DNA from: an uncultured bacterium
GTDB lineage: Bacteria > Krumholzibacteriota > Krumholzibacteriia > Krumholzibacteriales > Krumholzibacteriaceae
Length of the DNA: 64,000 nt
Direction: 5' to 3'
NCBI GenBank assembly: GCA_963786935.1
Contig: CAWBAN010000004.1
Location: forward strand, 1-64,000
Position numbers and translations under genes: made by a program
Shown: positions 49,243-61,023 of the stretch, one piece after another
Numbering within the stretch: position 1 is the first letter of the stretch
How the letters are laid out: the number at the start of each line of letters is the position of its first letter
Notes under the pieces: model-generated
What the model was told of the DNA's origin: nothing
Databases searched by the model: none
Seen by the model: only the letters and a program-made list of their open reading frames with translations

Positions 49243-52200
49243 ATGATCGGCAGGACGCTATCGCATTATAGAATAGTGGATAAGCTCGGCTCGGGGGGAA
49301 TGGGCACGGTCTACCGTGCCGAAGACACGAGCCTCGGCCGGCCGGTGGCCGTCAAGGTTCTTTCTCCCCATCTCATCTCCGATCCAAAGGCTCGACATCG
49401 TTTTCTCCACGAGGCCAAGGCCGCGGCCGCTCTCGATCACCCCGGCATCTGCACGGTCTATGAAGCCGGAGAGGCGGAGGGGCAGCTCTTCATTGCAATG
49501 GCTCTCTTGGAAGGGCAGACACTGCAGGAACGGATCGCAGCGGGGCCCCTATCGATCGATGAGTCTCTCGATATCGCGACGCAGGTGGCGGGGGCGCTCA
49601 AAGAGGCGCACGGGAAGGGTATCGTTCACCGGGACATCAAGCCCGCGAACGTCATGCTGCTGTCGAGCGGCCAGGCGAAGGTGATGGACTTCGGGCTGGC
49701 CCGGCTCGAGGGCGCCACGCAGCTCACCCGGACCGGCACGACGCTGGGGACGGCGGCATATATGTCGCCCGAGCAGGTGCGCGGGGAAGTGGCGGATGCA
49801 CGGAGCGACATCTGGTCTCTGGGCGTGGTGCTGTACGAGATGGTATCGGGCCGTCTGCCGTTTCGGGGAGAATACGAGCCGGCGGTAGATTATGCGATCG
49901 TGCATGAGGAGCCGGAGGCGCTGACGGCTATCCGTCCGGATGTGACGCGCGAGGTCGAGTCGCTCGTGGGCCGTTGTCTCAAGAAGAATCCCGCCGAACG
50001 CTACCAAAGCGCCGATGAGCTGCTCGCGGCTCTGGGGAAGATCGGGACGCGCGGCGCCCCGGTGTCTCCGAAAGAGCCGGTTAAGCCCCCGGGGAAACCG
50101 AGGGCCTCATCGACTGGACCAGCTGCCGCGGGCAGGCCGACGGCACTTTCGGGCACCTCTGCGACCGCGGTTCAGATTCTCGGCGATCGTTATCGCATCG
50201 AGCGCCTCCTCGGCCGCGGCGGCATGGGTGAGGTTTGGCTCGCCTTCGATCTGAAGCTCGGGGTCGAAGTGGCCCTGAAGTTCTTGCTTCCCGAAGTGAG
50301 CTCCGATCCCCAGCGTATTGCCCTTCTCAGGCGCGAGGTGCGCACTGCCCGCAACGTGGCCTCTCCCCATGTCTGCCGCGTCTTCGACCTGATCGAGATC
50401 GAAGGCCAGGAGCTCGTGTCGATGGAGTATGTCGACGGCACGACGCTCCAGGAGCTTCTCGCGGCCCAGAGCCCCCTCGATATCGTCGAAGCCCGCCGCA
50501 TTGCCACCCAGCTTCTCACAGGGCTCCAAGACATCCACAATGCAGGGCTGATCCATAGGGATCTGAAGCCGCGCGAATGTCATGATCACCCGTTCGGGCA
50601 GAGCAGTAGTGATGGACTTCGGCCTGGCGAAGGGTGTTGCCGATACTCAGACGGTCGCCCTCGCCGGAACACCGGCATACATGTCTCCCGAGCAAATGCG
50701 GGGAGAGGAGCTCGACGCGAGAGCGGATCTCTACGCGGTGGGGATGATCCTGGCCGAGATGGTCGCTCCCGAAGGCGTGCGGGACAATTCGCTTCGCCGG
50801 AAGCTCTGGGACGGGCTCAGGCAGGATCCGCCGAAGGCGCCGCCGGGCCCCTGGGAGGGAGCCATTCGTCGGGCTGTCGCCGCCAACCGCGGCGAGCGTT
50901 TCGCATCCGCAGCCGAGATGGCGAGGGTCCTTGGCGACGGCGGCCAGCGCCTGAGCGGTCTGGAGGAGCTGAGCCCCTATCCCGGGCTCTCGAGTTTCAC
51001 CGGGGAGCAGGCGAAGTTCTTCTTCGGTCGCGAGCTCGATGTCGAGTCGATCTGGCGGAAGATCAGCCGGCTCTCTCTCTCGGCGCTCATCGGCCCCTCG
51101 GGCGTGGGGAAGAGCTCGTTCCTGCGCGCGGGCGTGATCGCCGCGAAGCCCGACGGCTGGAACGTCGTGATATCCACTCCGGGGGATGCTCCCTTTGCCT
51201 CGCTCGCTCAGAGCTTCTTGCCCGAGTTCGTCGGTCAAACCGATGCGATGCGCGATCTCCTGCGCTTCAATGACGTCGACCGTGTCATTCCCCTGCTTCA
51301 CGGATGGCGCCAACGGAACAAGCAGGCGCTCCTTGTCATCGACCAGTTCGAGGAGCTCTTCACGCTCAATCCTCCTGAAGTGCAAAGTCGCTTCGCCGAG
51401 CTGCTCGGGCGGCTGTCGGTGGAGGCGGATATACACGTTCTCGTATCGATGCGGGATGATTTCTTTTTCCTCTGTCATCAGTATCCCGCCCTGCGTCCGC
51501 TCTTCATGGATGCGACGCCCCTGGGGCCGCTCTCGGCGCATGATCTGCGCAGGGCGATCGTGGAGCCCGCGCGCCTGTGCGGCTTCGCCTTCGAGGATGA
51601 AGCGCTCGTCGACGGGATGATGGCCGAGGTGGAAGGAGAGCGCGGCGCTCTGCCGCTTGTGGCCTTCGCTACGGCGAGGCTCTGGGACCTGCGGGATCGG
51701 GAGCATGGGGTGATCTCGCGGAACGCCTATGAAGAGATCGGCCGTGTCGGCGGCGCTCTGGCTCAGCATGCGGAAGCGACGCTGGATCGAATCGGGCATG
51801 AGCGAGAGGACCTGGTCCGCGAGATCTTCCGCAACCTCGTTACCGCGCAGCACACGAGGGTCGTGCGTGAGAGCGGATGAACTTCTGAGTGTCTTCGAGG
51901 ATCGGGCGGCGGCCGAAGAAGTCCTCAAGACATTGATCGACGCGCGGCTTCTCACGTCATTCGAGATTGCCGATGCTCGCGAGGGCTCGAAGGAGCGCCA
52001 TCGCATAGAGATCGTCCACGAATCCTTGCTCACGAGCTGGCCACGTCTCGTGCGCTGGCAAACACAGGACACGGACGGCGCGCAGCTGCGCGATCAGCTT
52101 CGCCAGGCCGCTCAGCTCTGGAAGGAAAAGAGCGAGTCGGACGATCTGCTCTGGACGGGAACTGCCTATAAAGAATTCGAACTGTGGCGGGAACGCTACC

Positions 52201-54521
52201 CGGGGGGCTGACCGAGACGGAAGATGCCTTCGGCGAGGCGATGGGAGCGCGCGCCAAGCGTGACCGCCGCCGCCGAGTTGTTGCCCTCGGCGCCGCGTTT
52301 GCGATGCTCCTCGCTGTCATTGTGGTTATCAGCTGGTACGGACGGGCCCAGAGGCTCGCGCACCTGCAGTCCGAGGCCGGGAAGATTGTGGCCCTCGGTC
52401 AAGGCCAGATCGAGGAGGATCCGAGTGTCGCGCTCGCGCACGCGATCGCCGCTCTCGAGCTCGTCGATACTCCAGCGAACCGCACGTTTCGCTCTCGATG
52501 CGCTGTCTCGAGGTCCGATCGGGTTCTTCATGCCGATTCCTGCGGACTTGCAATCGAAGAATGCGGTGGTGAGCCCTGACGGGAAGCGAATCGCGGTTGC
52601 CGGCTATGGAGGAATTCGTGTGTACTCGTGGGACGGGTCTCCGCCGGTGAAGATCGAGGATTACTATGCGGCGGGATTCAGCACGGCGTGGTTCGCTCCG
52701 GATGGAGATCGGCTCATTTGGACGGACCGCCAGAATTTCAGCAAGGTGCACGTGTGGTCCCTTTCCGCCGGGAAGGAAGTCCGCACATTCGAATTCGAGG
52801 CCTTCACATACACCGGCGTCGTAGGAGACCGGCTCATTCTCTTCACGTTTATGTCGGGCGCGGGGCTTAAGGGCAAGACAATCGTTCGAGAGTGGGGATT
52901 CGATGAGAACGATCCCAAGGAAATCGCCAGGTGGGAACGCTCGGAGTTGGGCGGGTTCCCCACGCCGGAACCGGCTTGGCGTTGGATCATGTACCGGCAG
53001 GGCCGCGCGCTCTACGTCTGTCCGCCCGCGGAGCTGGGCCGTTTTCGCGGCCGACTCGTGGGAGAGCACCCGTTCGAGTTGAGCAGAGCAGCCTTCGACC
53101 CCTCCGGAGAGAGGATAGCCTCCGCCGATACGTCCGGAGAGATCCGCATATGGTCCGTCGAGGGAAGCCCGCGGGAACCGCTTCGCGTCTTCCACGGCGA
53201 CAACCCGGTGCGGGGTCTGCAATTCGATCCTTCGGGAACATACCTTACGGCCATCTGCAGACCGAAGCAAAAGATCTATTGCTGGGATCTGAATGCTCCG
53301 TGGGACGCGGCTCCCACCGTTCTTCGAACGGAGCAGGAGGACCTGGTACAGGGCCATCCGCTCCTCTATAACTTCGATCCGGCCGGAAGATGGATTGTCG
53401 CGACGTACCTCTCCGGCGTCGCGTTCTGGCCTCTCGAGCGCCCGAGCCATTGGACGATGCCGGGGAGCTTGGCGAACTTCGATGCTGAGGGACGAGTGGT
53501 GATTGACGCGGGGAATGGCCGTCTACGACTCCAGAGTCCCGACGGGGGATCCACGCGTGATTTCATGGTCTTGGACCGCTGGTCCACAAACATGGTGGAG
53601 ATATTCGACCCCCTTCGCAGATATATGGTCGTCGCTGGAGAAGGGCTCGAAGGCCTGAATCTCGTCTCTCTCTCGGATGGAGGCACCCGCCGTCTCCCTG
53701 ATGAACCGCCCGGGGGCTTATTCAGTGTGCCAGTGCTCAGTCTTGATGGGAAGTACATAGCCGCCGATCGTATCGTCTCAGTGGGCGATTCAACGGAGCA
53801 GAAGATCACGGGGCTCCGGGTGTGGAACCTCGAAAGGAACTCCTTTCGCATCCTGGAGGGATCGAAAGGAATGGAGCTCTGGACCCTCGCATTCTCCGAA
53901 GACGGCAGCCTCTTCTCAGGGGACCATGAGGGGAACATTCTGCGGTGGAACGTTAAGGACGGCACAAGCACTACGATCGACAAGAGCAAGCTTACCGCCG
54001 TGAACAAACTGGCTACGATTAATGGCGGAAGGGATCTCCTCGCCTGCACCGCGTCGAGCAGCAATGTTACCCAAGCCTATACATCGGCGCTGAAGGTCTA
54101 TGATCTCGAGAAGAGAACCTCTCGCGCGATTACGACGCACGGGAATAAGATCATAGTGTGCGATCTCGATTCGGCGAAGACGCAGCTCGCCACGTTCAGC
54201 GCGGACGGCACGATTCGGGTCGGGCCGGTTGCGGGGGAGGAGCCGCATCTTCTGTTCATGCCGGCCAAGACGAGTTATCCGTGGGCATTCGTTTCGCCGG
54301 ACGGCAATTGGATTGTCTGCGCCGGAGCACCTTTCAAGGAATATACCCTGTGGCGGACGCCTCAGGGGCGACCCATCCAAACGCTTCCACACAAGGAATT
54401 TCTCGAGTATCTGCGCGCTCAGACGAACTGGCGCGTCGTGCAGGACAGAACCGCTCAGGCAGGCTACCGGGTCGACACGGTGCCATTCCCGGGCTTGGAC
54501 AAGCTGCCGCCTCAGCGATAA
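49243..54521 (+). CDS. Double Ser/Thr kinase - nSTAND1-like NTPase - TM - WD40 protein (frameshifts near 50575, 51870, 52200, 52490)
   Basis: Two Hanks kinase domains (HRDIKPAN/DFGLA; HRDLKP.N/DFGLA); PYPGLSSF, GPSGVGKSS, LLVIDQFEELF, GALPLVAF, EIVHESLL; TM; WD40 repeats. Confidence 0.85.
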
Positions 54522-54533
54522 GGCGAGGGCAGG

Positions 54534-57453
54534 ATGATCGGTCGGACGATATCGCATTACAAGATAGTCGAGAAGCTCGGCGAAGGCGGCATGGGCGTCG
54601 TCTACAAAGCCGAGGACCTCAAGCTCAAGCGCTTTGTCGCCCTTAAATTTCTCCATCAGCAGATGCGCGACGAGCACGCCGCCCAGCGCTTTATCCATGA
54701 AGCGCAGACGGTGTCGGCGCTCGAGCACCCCCATATCTGCGCGATCCACGAGATCGACGAGACCCCCGAGGGGCAGATGTTCATCGTGATGCCCTGCTAC
54801 GAGGGGGAATCCCTGCAGAAGCGGATCGAGCGGGGGCCGCTCTCGATCGACGAGACGCTCGAGATCGGGAGCCAGATCGCCTCGGGGCTCGCGCGGGCGC
54901 ACGAGAAGGGGATCATCCACCGGGACATGAAACCGGGGAACGTGCTCCTGACGAAGGACGGGGCGAAGATCGTGGACTTCGGGCTCGCGAAGCTCACGAC
55001 GCAGACGAAGCTCACGCGGACGGGGATGACGCTCGGGACGGTGATCTACATGTCGCCCGAGCAGGCGCGGGGGGCAGAGGTCGATCAACGCTCCGACATC
55101 TGGTCGCTCGGTGTCATGCTCTACGAGATGGCGACGGGGAAGCCGCCGTTCCGCGGCGAATACGACCAGGCGCTGATCTACTCGATCCTGAACGAGGAGC
55201 CGGAGCTTGCGACTTCAGTGCGCAAGGAGGTGCCGGCGGAGCTCGAGGACATCATCGCGAAGGCGCTCGCGAAGAAGCCGGAGGAGCGATACCAGAGCGC
55301 CGGGGATCTGCTCGCCGCGCTTACCGCACTCAGGCAGGAGCTTTCAGTCGGCCCCGGAGGCGCGGTGGGCCGGAGGCTCTCGAAGGTGGCGCAGCGCCGC
55401 GTGCGCCGGAAGCTGCTGCTCCGGGCCGGTATCCCCGCGGCTGTCGTGATCGCCGTAGCGGCGTATTTCATCATCGAATCGATCCTCGTGAAGCCGGTGC
55501 CGCTCGCCGAGCGGCCGAAGATCGCGGTGCTCGCGTTCGAAAATCAGACGGGTGATCCGGCGCTGGACTATCTCAGCGAAGGGATTCCCTACGGGCTCAT
55601 CGTCCGTCTCGAAGAGCAGGCGCAGTACGTGCGCGTGACGACGCAGGAGCGGCTGGGCGATCTCGTGCGGCGGATCGGCCAGGCGCAGGCCGCTCCGATC
55701 GACCGGGAGATGGCTTTGAAAGCGTGCCGGATGGACAGCGTGGACGCGGTCGTCACGGGAAGCTTCACGAAGGCGGGGAATCTCTACGAGACAAGAATTA
55801 AGGTGGAGGATCCGCGGACGAACGCGATTCTCGGGATGAGGAGCGCCCAAGGAGAGAAGGTCGAGAGCATCATCAGCTCCCAGAGCGACGAGCTGTGCCG
55901 GGAGATCGCGAAGATCGTGGGTGTCTCATCGATAAAGGTTCGGAAGTCATCGCAGTCGGTCGCGGATGTGACGACCAAATCGCCTGAAGCGCTCAGATAT
56001 TTCATCCAAGGGAAGGATCATTCGGACAAGTATCGAATTCGGCGAGGCGCGGCGCTGCTTCGACAAGGCGATCGCGCTCGATTCGACCTTCGCGACGGCG
56101 TACTACTACTATATCAATAACGTGCAGAGCGAATTCCAGCCGCGCTACACGAGGGAAAAGTACCACGCGCTGGCGATGAAGTATCTCGATCACGCGAACT
56201 GGAAAGAGCAGCGGTATATTCTCGCCAGGGATGCGGGATTCAAGAAAGACAGGAAGCGGGCGAAAGCCGAGCTCTTGAAGCTCGTCGAGCGATACCCCGA
56301 CGAGAAGGGGGGATTCTACGGTCTCGCCGGGTACGCGGATTCAGTGCAGGAATCCATTCGATATTACGAGCGGGCGATCGAGATCGATCCGTTGTTCAAG
56401 CTTCCCTATAACGGGCTGGCGTATGTTTACAAATACCTGGGCGATTCCGATAAGGCCATCGCCGCCGTCAACAAGTACATAGAGCTTGCCCCGGACGAGT
56501 CCAATCCTTACGACACGAAAGGGGACATCTACATATCCATGAACAAGCCCGAAGAAGCGCTCGCCGCTTTCGCGAAGTGCGATGAATTGACGGGTAAAAC
56601 GGACGGGGGTGTCATAACCGCCGAGATTTGGCTCATGCAGGGCAAGATCGACAAGGCCGAACGGGTGTTTCGCCGAGAGGCCGAGGGCCCTCTCCCCGGT
56701 TCGGCGGACGCAAGAACCTATCTGAGCATGACGCGGATGTTCGAAGGGAGATACAAAGAAGCGATCACCATGCTGGAAGAGGGCATCCGCCTCGACGAGC
56801 GGGACAGCGTCGGGGCCGGCATCTGGGTGCACGAGCAGAAATATCTGGAGAAGGCCGTCATTTATCTCGAGCTCGGGGACCGCGCCGCGGCCGCGCGGGA
56901 GCTCCTGAGATTCCACGCCGACAAGTTCTATCCGATGAAGGACTGGATTCGCGACCTCTATTTTTATATCATCGGCCAGCTCGAGCACGAGCCGCTTGCG
57001 CGTGACGCGTTTCAAGCATGGAGGGACAGCCTCGAAACGCCGAGAAGCAAAGGGAAGGGAGAATACTGGTTCGCCCTCGGGATGATGGCGCTCTCCGACG
57101 GGGATTCCAAAGCGGCCGCGGGCCATTTCAAGAAATTGAAATCCCAGGGAGTCAGCTGCTTCCTCGACCATTACATGCTGGCACAGGCCTATCTCGAGTC
57201 GGGCGAGCCCGGAGAGGCGATCGGCGAGCTCGAGGAGTCGCTCAAGTTCTGCGAGTATCCGCAGGGAGGCCGTATCGCGTTCGCGAATCTCGTCGCGAAT
57301 GCCTACTACCAGCTCGGAACGGCGAGCGAGGCGGTCGGCATCAAGAGCAAGGCGATCGAGAATTACCGGAAGTTCCTCGATATCCGGAAGAACGCCGATC
57401 CCGACCGGCCGGAGGTCGCCGACGCGCGGCGCCGGCTCGCTCGGCTCAGCTGA
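54534..57453 (+). CDS. Ser/Thr kinase - TM - TolB-N/FlgO-like - TPR protein (frameshift near 56040)
   Basis: HRDMKPGN, DFGLA, YMSPEQ; IAVLAFENQTGDPALDYLSEGI; TTKSPEALRYF; TPRs. Confidence 0.88.
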
Positions 57454-57487
57454 TCTCGACGAATCTCTTACGACGGCGTCGCCCGCC

Positions 57488-57988
57488 TCAGCCGATCTCC
57501 ACGAACTTCGCGCGGACCACGCTGCAGACGGGGCACTTGTCGGGCGCCTCGCCCGTGAAGGTGTTGCCGCACGTCGGGCAGACCCAGATCTTCGCCGCGG
57601 CGAGGTCCTTCCCCGATTTCACCGCTTCGAGCGCTTTCGAGTAGAGCCCGTGGTGGACCTCCTCGACCGCCATGGCGTACTTGAACGACACGAGGGCGCC
57701 CTTGTTCGCTTCCTTCTCGGCCTCGGCGACGAACTTCGGGTACATCTGCTGGAACTCGAACCCTTCCCCCTCGACGGCGGCCTCGAGATTGGCGGCGGTG
57801 TCCTTGACGCCGCCGAGCACGCGCAGATGCGCGTGGGCGTGCACGGTCTCGGCCTCGGCCGCGGCGCGGAAGAGCTTGGCGACCTGCGGGTAGCCGTCGG
57901 CTTCGGCCTTTTTGGCGAAGGCGAGGTATTTGCGGTTCGCCTGGCTCTCGCCGGCGAAGGCTTCCTTGAGATTATCGGTCGTCGACAT
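57488..57988 (-). CDS. rbr: Rubrerythrin
   Basis: NLKEAFAGESQANRKY, EAETVHA, EEVH; C-terminal CPTCG...CPVC. Confidence 0.95.
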   Translation of the reverse strand: MSTTDNLKEAFAGESQANRKYLAFAKKAEADGYPQVAKLFRAAAEAETVHAHAHLRVLGGVKDTAANLEAAVEGEGFEFQQMYPKFVAEAEKEANKGALVSFKYAMAVEEVHHGLYSKALEAVKSGKDLAAAKIWVCPTCGNTFTGEAPDKCPVCSVVRAKFVEIG

Positions 57989-58191
57989 AGGTGTTCTCCT
58001 TTCAAAGGGAATAATTACGATTTGAATAATAGTATAAACGGCCCACCCCGCGCAAACCCTCTTATTTATATGGAGAGTCGGAGCGGTTCTTGCAAAATGG
58101 CATCCCTTGATCCGGTATCTGTCAGGAATGCTTGCAATTTTCGGCTGATCGGGATACCCCGATGGTGGAACTTCGACCAGGAGGTGCTCGA

Positions 58192-60912
58192 ATGACAAAG
58201 CGCTCCGGCTTGTCATGGATTCTCGTGATCCTCTGGATTCTTCTCGCCGCAGGCGCGGCGAAGGCGCAGTGGATCAAGGACGGCGTGCCTATCGGCAGCG
58301 CCGAATACACGCAATACCAGCCGAGGATCGCTCCGGACGGAGCGGGCGGCGCGATCGTCGCCTGGTCCGATCTCCGGTCGGGCACGGACTACGATATCTA
58401 CGGCAACAGGATCAGTGGCGACGGCAATTACGGAGGTTCGGGCCTGCCGCTGTGCATGGCCCCCGGAAATCAGTACATGGCCGGGCTGGTGTACGACGGC
58501 TCGGGCGGCCTGATCATCGTGTGGATGGACGAACGCTACGGCAGCGCGCACATATTCGCCCAGAAGGCCGATACGATGGGCAACGTTTACTGGGCGACCG
58601 ACGGCATCGATATCTGCCCCTACTCGAACAGCCCCGGCACGCCGGTCGTGATTCCGGACGGCTCGGGCGGCGCGATCGTCTCGTGGCATGAATACAGAGA
58701 TTCGAGCAACGACATATACGCGCAGCGCATCGACGCGAGCGGCACGCTTCTCTGGGGGGACTCGGGCGCGGTCGTCAGCGCGATTCCGGTCGAGCAGTAC
58801 AGCCCGTCGATCGTGGCGGACGGCATGGGCGGCGCGATCATCGCGTGGACCGATTATCGAGGCGACGGGGACATCTACGCGCAGCGCATCGACTCGAGCG
58901 GCGCCGTTCTCTGGGACACTCTCGGGATGCCGATCTGCGCCGCGGTCAATAACCAGTATGACGTGCGGCTGATCCCGGTCTCCGGCGGCGCGATCGCCAT
59001 CTGGTCCGATCAGCGCAATTGGTACGAAGACGCGTATGCCCAGCGCATCGACGGTGACGGTATGCCCCTGTGGAATCTCGATGGAATATCCGTCTGCGAC
59101 GACGCCGGCGGCGGCTATCAGAAATACAGCCCCGCGATCGCCATCGACGGCTCGGACGGCGCGATCGTCGTCTGGGGGGAAAACAGATACGCGGATTCCT
59201 ACGAGGTGTTCGGGCAGCGGCTCGGGTATGACGGCGCGAGGGCGTGGGGCTCGATGGGCGAGAAGCTCATTCCGTGCTATTCGTGGAACAGCGATTTCGC
59301 CATTGCGCCGGACGGCTTCGGCGGCGCGATCGTCGCCGCTGACGTTTACTGGGACGAAGAATCGCCTCTGGACATCTGGGCCCAAAGGGTCGATCACGAC
59401 GGAAACGTTCTCTGGGGAACGAACGGCATGTCCGTCTGCTCCGCCTCCTACGATCAGTACAATCCGGTCGTCGTGCCCGACGGCTCCGGCGGAGCGTTCT
59501 TCGCATGGGAGGACTACCGCGAAGAAACGAACGGCAACTCCGACATATATTGCCAGCGCCTCGGCAGCGGGGGCTTCTGGGGGCATCCTGAGCCCGCGAT
59601 CGTATGGTGCGGGGACGTTCCCAACGATCAGGGAGGCTGGGTGCGAATCAGGACGAGGGCTTCGGCGCTCGACGGTGCGGGCATGGACCCCGCGATCTTC
59701 GGATATAACGTCTGGCGATTGATCGGCGGCGGCGGCGGTCCGACGGCGGTTTCGGCGCGCACCGTTCCGGCCGACCGCGCGGCGGCCGTGGCGATTCTCA
59801 GCGATCCCGCGACGGCCATCGGCGTGCGGGTGAGCGGGCCGCAGGCGGCCTCGCTCGGTCTCCCCGAGGGAGAATGGGAATCGGTCGGCTTCTGGTTCGC
59901 CATGCGGGACACCGTGTACAACATCGCCGTTCCGACGAAGGACGACTCGACCGAGGCGGGAACTCCGTGGGAGACGTTCGTCGTCACGGCGCATACGACG
60001 ATTCCGGGCATCTTCATCGCCTCCGAGCCCGCCGACGGCTATTCGATCGACAACCTCGCGCCGGGCATGACGCCGGGCTTCGAGGCGAGCGAGATCGCCG
60101 ATCCGGCGGGGCTCATGCTCTCGTGGTCGCCGAACGCGGCGTCCGATCTCTGGAAGTATGAGATCTATCGCGGCGACGAGGCGGGCTTCGTGCCCGACGC
60201 GTCGAATCTGCTCGGCTCCACGACCGGCACGACGCTCCATGACGGCACGTGGGTGAAGGCGTATATGTATTTCTACAAGCTCGTCGCCGTGGACCGGCAC
60301 GGGAATCCTTCCCCCGCGGCGCTCGTCCGTCCCGAGGACGTCAAGGTCGGCACGATGCTGCGAAGCTTCGCGGCCGCTCTCAGGCAGTCGGCGATCGAGA
60401 TCTCGTGGACGCTCGCGGAGATCGACGAGGGCACGGAGCTGCGCGCGGCCCGATCGACGGGCGGCGACTTCGCGGAGCTTCCCGCCGCGGCGATCGAGCG
60501 CGAGGGGCTCTCGTTCTCGCTCATCGACCGCACCATCGAGCCGGGAACGACCTATCGCTATCAGGTGAGCGCGATCGACGCGCGGGGGAGCCGCGTTCTC
60601 TTCGAGACGGACGGGATCGCGACGCCCGAGATGCCGCTCGCGCTGCATCAGAACCATCCGAACCCGTTCAATCCGTCGACGACGATCACCTACTACCTGC
60701 CGGCGGCGGCGGCGGTGACGCTCGACGTGTACGATACGGCCGGACGGCTCGTCACGAGGTTCTTGAATCAGGAGAATCAGGAGCGCGGAACCCATTCGGT
60801 CGAATGGCGCGGCGTTGACGCGCAGGGGCGCGCCGTGAGCTCGGGCGTGTACTTCTACCGGATCCGGTGCGGCAAGGACATCATTGCGCGCAAGATGATC
60901 CTCCTCCGATAA
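58192..60912 (+). CDS. Secreted propeller-repeat/FN3/CTD protein (distant paralogue of the 14-24 kb cluster)
   Basis: Signal peptide; DGxGGAI..W repeats; DVPNDQGG; QNHPNPFNP...KMILLR. Confidence 0.88.
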   Translation: MTKRSGLSWILVILWILLAAGAAKAQWIKDGVPIGSAEYTQYQPRIAPDGAGGAIVAWSDLRSGTDYDIYGNRISGDGNYGGSGLPLCMAPGNQYMAGLVYDGSGGLIIVWMDERYGSAHIFAQKADTMGNVYWATDGIDICPYSNSPGTPVVIPDGSGGAIVSWHEYRDSSNDIYAQRIDASGTLLWGDSGAVVSAIPVEQYSPSIVADGMGGAIIAWTDYRGDGDIYAQRIDSSGAVLWDTLGMPICAAVNNQYDVRLIPVSGGAIAIWSDQRNWYEDAYAQRIDGDGMPLWNLDGISVCDDAGGGYQKYSPAIAIDGSDGAIVVWGENRYADSYEVFGQRLGYDGARAWGSMGEKLIPCYSWNSDFAIAPDGFGGAIVAADVYWDEESPLDIWAQRVDHDGNVLWGTNGMSVCSASYDQYNPVVVPDGSGGAFFAWEDYREETNGNSDIYCQRLGSGGFWGHPEPAIVWCGDVPNDQGGWVRIRTRASALDGAGMDPAIFGYNVWRLIGGGGGPTAVSARTVPADRAAAVAILSDPATAIGVRVSGPQAASLGLPEGEWESVGFWFAMRDTVYNIAVPTKDDSTEAGTPWETFVVTAHTTIPGIFIASEPADGYSIDNLAPGMTPGFEASEIADPAGLMLSWSPNAASDLWKYEIYRGDEAGFVPDASNLLGSTTGTTLHDGTWVKAYMYFYKLVAVDRHGNPSPAALVRPEDVKVGTMLRSFAAALRQSAIEISWTLAEIDEGTELRAARSTGGDFAELPAAAIEREGLSFSLIDRTIEPGTTYRYQVSAIDARGSRVLFETDGIATPEMPLALHQNHPNPFNPSTTITYYLPAAAAVTLDVYDTAGRLVTRFLNQENQERGTHSVEWRGVDAQGRAVSSGVYFYRIRCGKDIIARKMILLR

Positions 60913-60938
60913 TCGCTCATCGAGTCCGCTGAATGATG

Positions 60939-60975
60939 AAGGGAGCGGGGCGCACAACCCCGCTCCCTTTTTGTT
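60939..60975 (+). terminator. Rho-independent terminator
   Basis: AAGGGAGCGGGG-CGCACAA-CCCCGCTCCCTT followed by TTTGTT, between convergent genes. Confidence 0.85.
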
Positions 60976-61023
60976 CCATCGGCGTGCCGAGGCATGAACG
61001 CCGCGCAAAAACGCCGGGCGCGG

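Noticed and set aside
24880..56050. Programmed ribosomal frameshifting or phase variation at the split genes
   Set aside because: The breaks are scattered single-base indels without consistent slippery heptamers or long SSR tracts; sequencing error is more parsimonious.
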